From Nemertoderma westbladi (Eukaryota; Animalia; Xenacoelomorpha): DNA of 64,000 bases. The stretch spans positions 1-64,000 of the forward strand of contig JAUCBJ010002047.1 in assembly GCA_032718475.1 (NCBI GenBank), given 5' to 3'. The notes below the pieces were generated by a model that was not told where the DNA came from, did not search any database, and saw only the letters and a list, made by a program, of their open reading frames with translations. A program made the position numbers and the translations under genes. Shown here piece by piece: positions 1 through 11,398 of the stretch. The first letter of the stretch is position 1; the number at the start of each line of letters is the position of its first letter.

Positions 1-2
1 CG

Positions 3-270
3 GAACGAGTACCGGAAGAAACACCCATAACAGAGAGAACGTACTATCTAACGCATCATTACGTTCCCAAACCCGGTAAACCACATGAAGTACGAGTTGT
101 ATTCGATGGCTCCGCTCTATATATGGGTCAATCTCTCAATTCCGAGTTGTTACCAGGACCCAACTTGCTACAATCCTTGTTGGGAATACTTCTCAGATTA
201 AGACAATATTCCATCGCGTTCGCTTCCGATATAGAAGGCATGTTCTTACAGGTCAAGGCGCTAGATTGAG
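3..270 (+). pseudogene. pol: BEL/Pao pol, N-terminal RT fragment (continues left of the window)
   Basis: Frame 3 reads ...YYLTHHYVPKPGKPHEVRVVFDGSA...SLNSELLPGPNLLQSLLGILLRLRQYSIAFASDIEGMFLQVK, the typical Pao RT start, then TGA at 268-270. Confidence 0.9.
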
Positions 271-1360
271 ATAGGTGAAGGGACTTTTACAATAATATAT
301 TTCTCTATGTTGTGCATTTTATATATAGTATTATATGTACTGTTTGTATGTAGTTCAATGTTTATTGCATTTATATATTTAGTATTATAGTTTGTGCAAT
401 ACGATTTCTCACTAACACTCACTAACATTTATCTCATTTAACATTTCTCTCAAACATTATTATCAGACTATATTGACAAGACTAGTTTCGACCACAGAGA
501 CAGAACGAAATAATCTAAAATCGTCACTCTAGTCTATGCTATATACTATATACTAGCTACCGTATGTTATACTGTACTATACAATCTCTATAATAATCGA
601 TATTAAAATAAAATAAATAAATAATAAATAATAAAATTTAAAATTAAAAACAAATTAATAATAAAAGACCCTTATCTCAAATGAATGCTATTCGGTAAAA
701 TAAAGTAAAAGAAAAGGGTTGCAAATAAAAAAGGAAAGTAGACACGGGCAAACAGTCTACTAGCGCCCTTCCCCCACAAAAAAAAATAAAATAAAATTTT
801 TTTGAGATTTTGGCTTCGCAATATCTCAAGGGGGGACTGTTACAGATTGTACATGACCAGTAAAAAAATACCCCTTATTTCGTACAATGCTTGTAACAAG
901 TCAGCTCGAGCATATTAGCCCACAAAATCCAACCGCTAGCATTCAATATAATATAATGTTTATAATATCAGCTGATATCTACTACTATACATTCTTGGCC
1001 GGGTAATCTAATTGCTATGCTACATTCACTATTCAACTCTCGCCAATTATCACCACTTCTAATACCGCATACAATGACAATAAGACACATTGACCTATGA
1101 CAGCTCTTCTTTACAACTTCCCTGTCCCTTTGTATCTCAACCTATTTAATCAACTAACAACCGCGATGAAATTCATTCTGTTATTAGGGAATCCGAAGTG
1201 TATCTTTTTACCGAACATATTTTGATGATATTAAATTCTAACATTCTTCAATAAACATTCCTGTTATTACTATTATGTTATCACAATGTTTTTCGGTCAT
1301 TAAGATTAAATCACGCATAACTGACAGAATCAGAGCGATTAAAGTAAAAAACGCTCACAG
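271..1360. other. AT-rich ~1.1-kb insertion interrupting the BEL/Pao RT
   Basis: Non-coding AT-rich tract separating MFLQVK from FLWWPEG, which lie only a few residues apart in Pao RTs. Boundaries are approximate and no TSD was found. Confidence 0.7.
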
Positions 1361-4300
1361 TAAAAATTTTCTATGGTGGCCTGAAGGCGACCTCAAACAG
1401 AAACCAGTGGAGTACTGGATGACCATCCAGGCTTTTGGGATCATATCCAGTCCTTCAAACGCCTGCTCCGTGGTACGGACCACTGCGGATGACAACCGAG
1501 ACGCCTTCTCAAAAGAGGTGATTGACAACATCAAAAAGGACATATACATGGACGACAATTTAAAGTCCCTTCCATCGGTAAAAGAAGCCATTGATGTCGC
1601 GAAAGGAACGGTAGAGTGTTTGAAAAGAGGTGGATTTCGACTGACGAAATTCACCAGTAACTCCCGTGAGTTTCTGGAAGCGATACCGGTAGAAGACCGA
1701 GGAACGAAAGACCTCGACCTAATAAAAGATGATCTTCCAGAAACCAAGACGCTTGGCTTGAAGTGGGACACGGAGAGAGATATCCTGTTTTTTCAGCTAA
1801 AACAGCGAGAGAATCCAGTTTGGACCAAACGGATTTGTCTAAGTATCCTGAGCACTTATTTCGATCCATTGGGATTTATTAGCCCAGTCATATTGATTGC
1901 TCGGAGTTTAGTACAACAAATGTGGCTTGAAAACCACTCATGGGACGATCCACTTACGGGAGAACTGTTAAAGAAATGGATGAAATGGGAAGATTCTCTA
2001 CCTGCCATCGAGAGTTTTATAATTCCCCGTTCATATTTTGGTCATGTTCTCCCTACATATTCCTATCAACTCCATGTGTTTGGAGACGCTAGCGATATGG
2101 GAATAGGAATAGTAGCATACCTTCGAGTCGAAACCCCGGATGGAATCAAAGTCGCCTTGGTCACCTCTAAGGCATTGATTAACAACAAGTTGAAGGTTCC
2201 TCGAGCGGAGTTAAAAGCGGCTCTCTACGCTACAGCCATCGGACGGAATGTCACGGAACAGATCGATTATCCACTGGAGAAAACTGTTTACTGGACCGAC
2301 GCTTTGCTCGTGTTGGAGTATATAACCAATGAAGTCTGTCAGTTCAGCGTCTTCGTTACCAACAGAGTGGCCATTATCCTTAGTCGAACAACAATAGATC
2401 AATGGAGACACTGCCCTGGTACGATTAATCCAGCTGACATCGCCTCCAGAGGAGCCACTCCACAGGAACTGATAGATACTCCAGACTGGTTGGGTAGACC
2501 CGACTTCCTGAGCAAGGAAGAAGATGAATGGCCTCCTCACCTTACTACGGCAGAGATCAGACAAGCCAAGGGAGCGGAAAAGGTCAAACCTAAAACCCGA
2601 GCGAGCAAGTCGAAGTTATTTAAACCGACGATCGATCTATCTGTATTACATGCTTCCGGAAATGATGCTTCAGATCCACAATCCCTCGTCACGCTCAAGT
2701 CTGTTGTGGAAATTAAGGATAGAGATTGGAAATCTGGAATACCAGACGTCTCGCAAGGATTCTCACCCCTGCTGCAGCGAGCAATACATCATTACAGTTC
2801 CTGGAATCGGCTCTGTAAGGCCGTCGCATATTTAAAGCGATGTTTTCATCATCGTTATTCCAGGACGAAGACCATTAATGATACTGCTCCATTAACATCG
2901 GTCCAAGTTCATGCTATTAAAGATTTACCTAAATATAAAATACCCGATCGGTTTCTAAAAGAAAAGATCAGTTACCAGGAGCATGAAGAAGCCAATAAAC
3001 AGATACTGCGACTCCTGCAATGCTACGAGGATTCCGACAAGTATTTCCTGTTGTTAAGAAATCCACAGATGCGCTTAAGGGATCGCTTCTCTAGCACAAT
3101 GATAGATGGGTTAATACGTGTTGGAGGAAGGCTAACTAATGCGCCATTATCTTTTGACACTAAATTCCCCATACTCATCAGGAATCTTGAAGTACAAATC
3201 AAGATGATTGTAGATGTTCACAGTAAACTTTATCATGCTGGTAGAGAACGAGTTCTTAGCGAAATTCGAACTCGCTATTATTTCTATAAACCACGTAGAG
3301 CTCTGAACCAAGTTCTTAGGAACTGCATACCCTGTAGGAAAGCATTCAGTAGGCCTTTAACACAGCGAGAGGCAGAATTACCTAGGGAACGAGTAAGCTT
3401 TTATGAACCACCCTTCACTAATACTGGTGTAGATTTATTTGGCCCTATTGAAGTATATCGCGCTAGGACTATAGTCAAGAGATGGTGTGTCATCTTCGTA
3501 TGTATGACTTGTAGAGCCATCCATCTTGATATGGTGAACGATCTATCTACTAACAGCTTCGTCTTAAGTTTATGACGACAGATCGCTCGCTTCGGAACTA
3601 GTAATACCATGCGATCGGACAAGGGAACGAACTTCATTGGTGCCAACAACGAAATTCAGGCTTACGTAAAGGACTGGAATCAAAGACAGGTGGACGACCA
3701 GCTACGGATAACAGCGTCTAGCTGGACCTTTAACGCCGCCGACGCCCCTTGGTGGGGAGGAAGTTGGGAGAGATTAATTCGAAGTGTCAAAACCGCATTT
3801 CACTTTATAGTGCCGTGCCGCGCATATCTCACTGACGAACTTCTGCGGACGTTAATGGAGGAAATCGCTGCCTATCTTAACGAGAGACCGCTTATGCCAG
3901 TCTCATCGAGTCCCGATTCCCTGGAAGCGCTAACACCCGCTCACTTCCTACTTAAGAAACCTGTAGCCATGCTCCCACAATCCGAGATTGCCGACGGAGA
4001 TGAATACTGCCGTCGAACTTGGCAGCTTATGCAGTTGCTATCCCGTCGTTTCGCTGACCATTTTGAGAAACATTATCTGCCCACGCTACAACTTCGAACT
4101 AAGTGGTTTGCGCAGCAGGAAAATGTCAGCGCCGGAGACATGGTGCTTATTGTAGATCCGGACCTTCCTCGCAGACGGTGGCAGACAGGTCGTATCATTG
4201 AGACGCACATCTCGGAGGATGGTTTAGTGCGCTCAGTAGAACTCGTCGTCATGCGGCGTAACTTCAAGAAACCTGGCACAATCTTTGAGACTCAACAACT

Positions 4301-4430
4301 CAATCGCCCAGTTGGTCATTTATGTTTGCTGAAAAGAGACCGGGAACTCTCCGGAAACTATGGAAGGCAAGAAACTCTTCCCACGACCACCTCCCTAATC
4401 CCTCAAACATCTAGGGGCTCCTCAACGTAG
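1361..4430 (+). pseudogene. pol: BEL/Pao pol (RT, RNase H, integrase, DUF5641-like C-terminus) with one in-frame stop
   Basis: FLWW, YMDD, KTLGLKWD, FDPLG, VFGDASD, PRAEL, WTDA, NPADIASRG, H-H-C-C zinc finger, GVDLFGP, RSDKGTNF, WWGGSWERLIRSVK, LTPAHFL. TGA at 3573-3575 with the same frame continuing to 4430. Confidence 0.95.
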
Positions 4431-4437
4431 TACGTCT

Positions 4438-4950
4438 GGAGTGGGTGTATGTCTATATTATTTTATTTATTTTATTACATTTTATATGTAAATATTATTA
4501 TGTACTTTATTATAATCGTTTTATTTAATTTTATTTAGTAGAATGTTATTTATATCATTTAGTAGATTAGTGCAATATATTAGTGTGTATTACGTAATTA
4601 CATAATATATCTAGTGTGACGGCGAGAAATAATTCTTTTCTCTTTCCTTACTGTCCGTATTATATTATAAATGCGAGACTATAGTAAGATGACATGTCCG
4701 TACTTATTAAAAGTACAATAAAGCTCCTACTATATTTAGGTATTATTGGTAGGCAGAGTATTAGGAATGCAAAGTTCAGATCCTCGTGTCTCGGCTAAAC
4801 CAAGCTCTGGGTAGACCTTGGAAACGACTTGCCTCTTCACACTGACATTGCTTCGTGCGATATTGCTCTTCTACCTTATATTTAATAATACATATAGTAG
4901 CATGATGTCCCTCTAACAGTAGCGTGAAACGCAAATAAATCTGTTACACC
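4438..4950 (+). repeat. Candidate PPT plus LTR-like segment after pol
   Basis: Purine-rich GGAGTGGGTGTA followed by TGT at 4450; TATAAA near 4666 and AATAAA near 4934. No second copy in the window to confirm it. Confidence 0.35.
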
Positions 4951-4966
4951 TTTGACCATCTGTAAT

Positions 4967-5230
4967 TCTAGTCGATTAAGATATCGCGGCACCCACCGAT
5001 ATACTTGAAAGACAAATTCTAGAATCAGTGGTTAACGTCCCCAGATAAGTTCTGGAATAAATCGGTGCCCATCTTAAATATTAATTTAATATTTATTAAA
5101 ATCTGTAAAATTCAGATCCTTAAAATTTCTAGTCAATTAAGATATCGCAGCACTTACCGATACTCTTAAAAGACAATTTTATAGAATTAAGGATCTTAAG
5201 TCCCCAGATATGCTCTGGAATAAAATTGCG
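4967..5230 (+). repeat. Diverged direct repeat, ~100 bp, two copies ~160 bp apart
   Basis: TCTAGTC(G/A)ATTAAGATATCGC(G/A)GCAC...CCCCAGATA...CTGGAATAAA at ~4967 and ~5128. Confidence 0.8.
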
Positions 5231-5822
5231 TCAATTTTACCATCAAATAATAAAATTCACGGGAATAAATTTGAATTCATATCTTTAAAATGAATTTAAT
5301 AAATTGTCATTTTATGCAATTTATAACATTCCCAAAATTCCATTAATTAATAGATAACGGGAGCGGAGATTTATCCTATTGAGTGTATTAGAGTGCGAAA
5401 ATCTCCAGCATATAGTCAATAGCCGATAAAATTTATAAAATCATGCATAAAGAGGATATTGACAATTAAAAGAATTACTATTAAATAGCATCCCAGATCT
5501 GTATGCATGAGAATTACCCTAATTCTACTGCTAGCTTTCCATAATGTCACCATGGCAACACCCACGCTAGAATTAGAAACGAGTTAAAGGAACAATAGAA
5601 AGCTTGTCCCATTGCCTAGTATAAAGATTACATAGCACTGTTTAGTATCCAAGAATACGCAATAACAACGTGACATTCTGGAAGGCACTGACTAACGGAC
5701 AAATGGCCTGTATGCTTATAATTGGTGACATTTGTGTGGAATTTGTGCGTTTGTAGGTGAATGTTGCTACTAAAGTGTGTTTACAGTAGCTAGTCGCAAT
5801 CGTAAAGTAAACCTAACTCTCC

Positions 5823-5830
5823 TATATAAA
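5823..5830 (+). promoter_or_regulatory. TATA box upstream of the 1417-aa ORF
   Basis: TATATAAA(G) about 230 nt before ATG 6055 and about 30 nt before a long hairpin. Confidence 0.5.
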
Positions 5831-6054
5831 GAACCTCAAGTGGATCCAAGCCTTTGGGACGGACAGTGGAGTGACTTGTGCCGGTTATTGTTGTCGTGCT
5901 GTTGCTACAACGTTGGCGTAAACACTGCGACAACGGTACATCGGCGCTGAGGATCCCACTGTCCGGGGGGCCGAGAGTGTTAGGCAGCGACGCCCGCTCG
6001 CCTAAAATATATGATATAAACTCGTTGTAATATTAATAAACTCCGATAGCGGAT

Positions 6055-9000
6055 ATGACGGAGCTGATAGAAGATGATCTTGGTATCAGGGAGCGATATA
6101 CTCTACCTTTGCAAGCATTTGTGGATAGCTTGATAAGTGGTGAACCCGATCCCACTACTACGGAAGACGATGGTCGTTATATCGAACCGCCGATGTCTCA
6201 AGAGCAACTCACGCGTGAATTGGACTATAGAAAATTCACGGCTCGCTATACACATCGTAATGGTACGTATATGGACTTCCTAACTACCGGCCACCCTATC
6301 GACTTACATGATACTGACGATGTAGACACCGAAAGGGAAATGGTTTTATTTAAGTATCATACCCAGCGGAGTCGTAACGATAAACCGAGAATAGACCACG
6401 AGAACTCTATTCGTAACCGACTTGAAAGAGAAAACGTTGAGGAACCAGATAAACGTATCGACTTCAACGACTACCTGGAATTTTTGAGAGAAACCTATCT
6501 CAATATTGCCAGTCAAAGGAACCTAGAGACTCGATATCCTCAAGGTATACATCATGACCCTATAGTAGAGCTCAAACAACTCTATTTCACTATAATGTAT
6601 CTCACCGCCGATCGTCCACTACCCGTTGTTCCCGATAGCTTTGAACAAATGGAGGAATATTGTAAAACTGGAGAACGATCACCCGCGTTTCCCCTACAGG
6701 ACGTACGTCTTTGGTATTATTGTGACGAATGCCCTAGACCCAACCAACAAACGGAAAGACATAAACATCCGCGGAGACGTTGCGCTAAACACAGTTTTAC
6801 GCGTTATACGTACGGGAGTTTCGAGCGAAACCTGTTCGATGTATCACCCACGATCGCTCGCCTCAAACGGTCACTAAATAAACCCATGATCAGAGTTCCG
6901 GAATACTCGGTCAGGCCTCCTCATTCCCCGGTGAGACCTCAAACTCTTGATCCTAACAGTATCACTGATCCTCCCGAACTATATTCTCTGTTCAAAGATT
7001 TGGTGTTACCCGAGCAGTTAATTGGTGGTGCTCCAGCAGTGGGTTCGTTAGATATTCGACCATCCTATTTAGCCGGATTGGGACGCGGGCATCTAACATC
7101 GCCATTTAATCCTTACAATCGGCCAGGATTAACCCCGATACAACCTGCCACGGAAGTCGAGGAGAGCGTTATAAGAAATGCTTTAGACGCTATTCGACAG
7201 AAAATCGGGAAGGGAACACAGGATTGCTTAGAGAAACGTAAATTACAGCAACAAGTCCAAGCGGTGAAGGAGTTAGCCTTACCACAGTTTGATCGAGAAA
7301 TCCAAAATCTAGAGGAAGATATCGAGCTTGGACGCACGTATTCCCTACAGGAGTTTTTGGACGAGCGTCTACAACAACAAGTGGAGGAGAATCAACTCGA
7401 AAAGAAGCATACGGAAATGGACGAGAGGGAAGAAGCCGCTTTAGCCCAACCCGAAGCCCAAATCCTTATGACGGATCTCTACTCTAAGACCATCCGTCAC
7501 CCCTCGATGATTCCCCATTTCGGAGACAAACTCTTTGCGACGGCACAACCCCAACCAGTTGATATCAGTATAAGATCACGCGATCTTATCGCCGACGCCC
7601 CCATGTTACAGCGTCCGCCAATCGAAGCTGCTCGTGTTGACGGTATACTCGTTGAACCTCCGGACAATCGAGCGGATCTTGTCCGTCGTATGGTACACGA
7701 TGTCAACATACGCGCTAGACCTTTAACGAACTCGTTTTATGGGATTAAAGACCACCCTTATTACGTTAATCTGACTCAATATTATCTGATAAAACCAGAA
7801 GATCCGACGCATAACTTAAAGTTTCTACCGCTAATAAATCCGCTAGACATTGTCGAACTCGAGCAATTACAGAAACATCTGGATCAGTTAGTAAAGGTAA
7901 ACTCATTTAGAAAACCATATAATATCTCTAGAATTGAGAATGATGCAACACCTCCCTATAACCTCGATGGATTCATTAAAACTCGATTAGTCCATTGGAA
8001 TCTTGACGTATTATTCGAGGAGGAGAGAATACAAAGACAGGGAAATATGGAGACGTGTAACACTCAATCCCTGAAGTATAGAGATCTCCCTGACGCTAAC
8101 CAATGCGCCACCTTGTGGCATCCAGTAGGGATGACCCTCGAGAACGCTACAAAAGAGTGGAATGAAACTCTTAATATCATTGAGATGTATGGAGTCGTCA
8201 CCTACGACAATGAAGGCAGCGTTCCGGTCGGAGAACTAGGAACCACGCGCATGATCCACATATGCGGATTAGCCGGTTCTACTCACGTGTTTACTCGAGC
8301 GTGTTCCGACGTGATTGATTATTCTTTTGAAGCTCTCACTGAAACACAAAAGAATCTCCGACATGGTCAATTCGCACTCGCGCAGCGTTACGTCATCGAC
8401 ACCGAACGCAAACCGGCCATGGGTATTGATGGATCGATGTTACCACAGCCCGTGCTCGAGATGTTGTTCAACGAAAGAATCCTTAAAATCGGTTCCGCTG
8501 TTTATGGAGATCTCCAAAACGATTTTCGAAATATGGAGGATATACCATATCCTTTCGTGGATACACAGTTAATTGCTCCCTGGGCAGAAGGCCGAGGTTT
8601 CTTCCGCACCATGTATGCTAATACGTCTAGCAACATTACCAAAGTTCAACGAACTTCCATCGGACATCTGGCCTTTCAGGAATACGGATGGAATTTCAAG
8701 GTTGGAAATCCCATAAACTATCAACAAGTATATGGAGACCATTATTCCCGATTATACTTTGACGGACCATTGACCACACCTGGCGCCGTGTATAGCTTCA
8801 TGAGTGTCCCACTACGTCCCTCCTTAGCTATCTACACGATCTTTGAAAACACCGCACTTTCCGGTTGGCTAGCCGATGTGTGCAGTCGTACTATACGCGC
8901 CCATCCATTAGTACTTGGGACCAAACTCGCTAAGCTAGATGAACATAATAAATTCATCCGCTTTGAATGTTTCCGACGATTCCTAACACCGTTTCGTAAC

Positions 9001-10308
9001 ATGGATAGTCAATTTAAAGACCGCGCGTTGACCAAACTCAGCCTCAGACACTCCGCCGCTGAGAAGTTAGATAGTGCTGGATTTGCCATTTTTAAGGATA
9101 TTTGTATATCGAATTTACATTCTTCTGTTATTCAAAGACCTCGAATCCCTACAGGTTATTCTGTCGTGGAAATTCAAACAGTAGGTCCACCGGAAGAGAC
9201 GGCTACGCCCACCTCAGCTATGCAATGGGAAGACGAACCAATATGTCTAGAATCCGAGGAGATTCAACCTACCACGCCTCGGAACAGCGACAACGACTAT
9301 ATCCTAGAATGGTATCAAGGTCCACAGTGTCTCACTGCGTACGATTATCGTCATGCCAACTATGTTGATCGACAGCGTTGTCGGTTATGCGCATCTAGAG
9401 ACCATACTACGCCCATGGACACGAACGCCCCATGTTCTTATTTCCACGAACAACCGTCGATGGAAATTTACTGTGCCTATTGTCGACTCAATAGTTCGCA
9501 CATTTTTGCAGTCTGTCCCCAATTTATGACGCAATGCCACCATTGTCAACTAAAAGGACACGCCAGCTTTGATTGTCCATTTAATAAAGATTTAGAAAGT
9601 GTAGATGAATTGATTACACTCCGTTATATCAGAGCTTGGGAAGCGAACGCTGATTTGCATTGTAACTCATGCCACCGCTATTACCCTGGACGCGCTTACG
9701 AAGGAGTTTATGCGTTCCATCCTTACCTATTCGCTTCTGTTGAACAGAAAACACGCATACCGAGTTACGAACTACTGAAGCGCGTCGGAGAATGCATTTC
9801 GACTAAGTTTGTGCGCAAATTCCTCAGACAGGTTAATCCCAGTGATATTCATTCCTTTCACTTAATTAATTTTATCCGTCACGACCCTGATTATGGAGAA
9901 ATATTCGTTAACTCACACCCTGAGTTACAAGAGGTATATCGACGGCCTTACGAATATCGAGCCCGAGAACGTGAGTTGGAAAGAACCATTAAACCAAGGC
10001 AGTTTCTAATGGCCTATGGTCCACCCATGGCTCTCGTTCAGACCACGCGTAAAGGACCCGTAAGAGCAGCCGTCTTAAAACGCGCTCTAAAAGCCGTTAG
10101 ACCCCAGTCCCCCGAAGTTGATGTCAACCTACCAGGCACGTCGACCGGCGGATACACCGACCACAATCCTGCACCTTCTGATGCAATTATATTGCACCCT
10201 TCACCCAGGAGTTATAGCCCTCCTTGTAAAGTGGCTCGCCCCAAAGAGAAAAAGACTCTGGCTAGCTTTAAAAAACTGCGTAAACGCCGTCCGCGCAAGA
10301 AAGACTAA
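6055..10308 (+). CDS. 1417-aa intronless protein: coiled coil, WRN/EXD-like DEDDy 3'-5' exonuclease, CCHC zinc knuckles, basic C-terminus
   Basis: ExoI VVTYDNEG (8206), ExoII LPQPVLEMLFNERILKIGSAVYGDL, FVDTQLIA, SIGHLA, ExoIII-like PL..SLAIYTIFE (YxxxE). Knuckles CRLCASRDH, CAYCRLNSSHIFAVC and canonical CHHCQLKGHASFDC (9379-9576). Ends KKLRKRRPRKKD. Confidence 0.85.
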   Translation: MTELIEDDLGIRERYTLPLQAFVDSLISGEPDPTTTEDDGRYIEPPMSQEQLTRELDYRKFTARYTHRNGTYMDFLTTGHPIDLHDTDDVDTEREMVLFKYHTQRSRNDKPRIDHENSIRNRLERENVEEPDKRIDFNDYLEFLRETYLNIASQRNLETRYPQGIHHDPIVELKQLYFTIMYLTADRPLPVVPDSFEQMEEYCKTGERSPAFPLQDVRLWYYCDECPRPNQQTERHKHPRRRCAKHSFTRYTYGSFERNLFDVSPTIARLKRSLNKPMIRVPEYSVRPPHSPVRPQTLDPNSITDPPELYSLFKDLVLPEQLIGGAPAVGSLDIRPSYLAGLGRGHLTSPFNPYNRPGLTPIQPATEVEESVIRNALDAIRQKIGKGTQDCLEKRKLQQQVQAVKELALPQFDREIQNLEEDIELGRTYSLQEFLDERLQQQVEENQLEKKHTEMDEREEAALAQPEAQILMTDLYSKTIRHPSMIPHFGDKLFATAQPQPVDISIRSRDLIADAPMLQRPPIEAARVDGILVEPPDNRADLVRRMVHDVNIRARPLTNSFYGIKDHPYYVNLTQYYLIKPEDPTHNLKFLPLINPLDIVELEQLQKHLDQLVKVNSFRKPYNISRIENDATPPYNLDGFIKTRLVHWNLDVLFEEERIQRQGNMETCNTQSLKYRDLPDANQCATLWHPVGMTLENATKEWNETLNIIEMYGVVTYDNEGSVPVGELGTTRMIHICGLAGSTHVFTRACSDVIDYSFEALTETQKNLRHGQFALAQRYVIDTERKPAMGIDGSMLPQPVLEMLFNERILKIGSAVYGDLQNDFRNMEDIPYPFVDTQLIAPWAEGRGFFRTMYANTSSNITKVQRTSIGHLAFQEYGWNFKVGNPINYQQVYGDHYSRLYFDGPLTTPGAVYSFMSVPLRPSLAIYTIFENTALSGWLADVCSRTIRAHPLVLGTKLAKLDEHNKFIRFECFRRFLTPFRNMDSQFKDRALTKLSLRHSAAEKLDSAGFAIFKDICISNLHSSVIQRPRIPTGYSVVEIQTVGPPEETATPTSAMQWEDEPICLESEEIQPTTPRNSDNDYILEWYQGPQCLTAYDYRHANYVDRQRCRLCASRDHTTPMDTNAPCSYFHEQPSMEIYCAYCRLNSSHIFAVCPQFMTQCHHCQLKGHASFDCPFNKDLESVDELITLRYIRAWEANADLHCNSCHRYYPGRAYEGVYAFHPYLFASVEQKTRIPSYELLKRVGECISTKFVRKFLRQVNPSDIHSFHLINFIRHDPDYGEIFVNSHPELQEVYRRPYEYRARERELERTIKPRQFLMAYGPPMALVQTTRKGPVRAAVLKRALKAVRPQSPEVDVNLPGTSTGGYTDHNPAPSDAIILHPSPRSYSPPCKVARPKEKKTLASFKKLRKRRPRKKD

Positions 10309-10386
10309 CTGTTTAGAGTATTTATGTATATTAGAAATTGTGATTTTGTATATTTTATAGACTTAAATCCCATTTTCTGGGAGCGG

Positions 10387-10974
10387 TGTAAAAGCTTTTG
10401 TGGGATAACTGATTCGTTTGCCTTGCTAACCAGTTCCCCCCAGGCGCTGGAATACTCTAAAAAGGTATCTATAACTAGAATAGTGCAAGCTACCGGCTGA
10501 TTGGCTGATTTGCTGTGCGAAGGGATCTGGGCTACGTTTGATCGTCCAACCAGCTTGGGAAGGTTGCCCCACAGCCCTGCTTTCTGTATCTGCCAATAGG
10601 ATTTGAGTTGGTTTTTGATTTCGACCTATCACAGATCTACTGAACTGAATTTTCCTATCTGTATGCTCATTCTCTGTGGTGGGTGGAAGCCTTTGTAAAT
10701 AAGGTTATTCTTATCAGTTTTCAGTGTGGATGGTGATTCTAAGCCAGGAAGAACGGCTCCGGAATCGCTTGTTTTCAGACTTTATAAGAAACATTAGTAG
10801 GCTTAAGATTATAGAGCGTATAACTGTTATCAGTGCATATCACTTATCTTAACATATCATATCACATATCGGTCCAATACATTATTATACTGCTATTTAC
10901 TGTTGTTTGGTTGAATATTATTTGGAGAACATATATAAAGAACCCAAATTTCCCAATTTTCTTGATACACTACA
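10387..10974 (+). repeat. LTR-like segment (TGTA...TACA)
   Basis: Starts TGTA right after purine-rich GGGAGCGG, 80 nt past the ORF stop, and ends CTACA. Single copy, no matching TSD. Confidence 0.35.
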
Positions 10975-11398
10975 GGTGAGAGAGGCAGTTTACATATAAC
11001 GATTGCGACTTATATTATAGTGGTTTGTAGTGAATATAATGCTATTTGGTAGCCACTACTTGAGTCAATTGCTATTCTCTTTATACGTGATCAAAGTCAG
11101 TGACTGTCGGCAAACCAGTGAGCAGTATTGTGCGGTACCGGTAGTGTGTATGATTGTGATTGAGACTGATAACAAAGCATCTCCTAAAGAATGCGTCTCA
11201 TACGTGAATTCTAAGCCATATCGTTGTGTTTGGTGTAAGTCATAACTTTGTTTACATAGATAGAGCGCCACGTCCTAAAGGAACTGCTAATATTTCCCGA
11301 AAGTGAATAATATTTGCCAGAGATTATTACATTAGTGATCAATCGAATAATACAAGTAGGCTTCACTGCAATAAATCTAAGCCCTCAGAATCCAGCCC

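Noticed and set aside
1275-1360. N-terminus of the 766-aa ORF as the real start
   Set aside because: It derives from the insertion; the true RT N-terminus is at 3-267.
6055-10308. Env, Gag or Nanos identity for the large ORF
   Set aside because: No signal peptide, transmembrane or furin pattern; knuckles follow an exonuclease domain with no capsid or protease motif; spacing does not fit Nanos.
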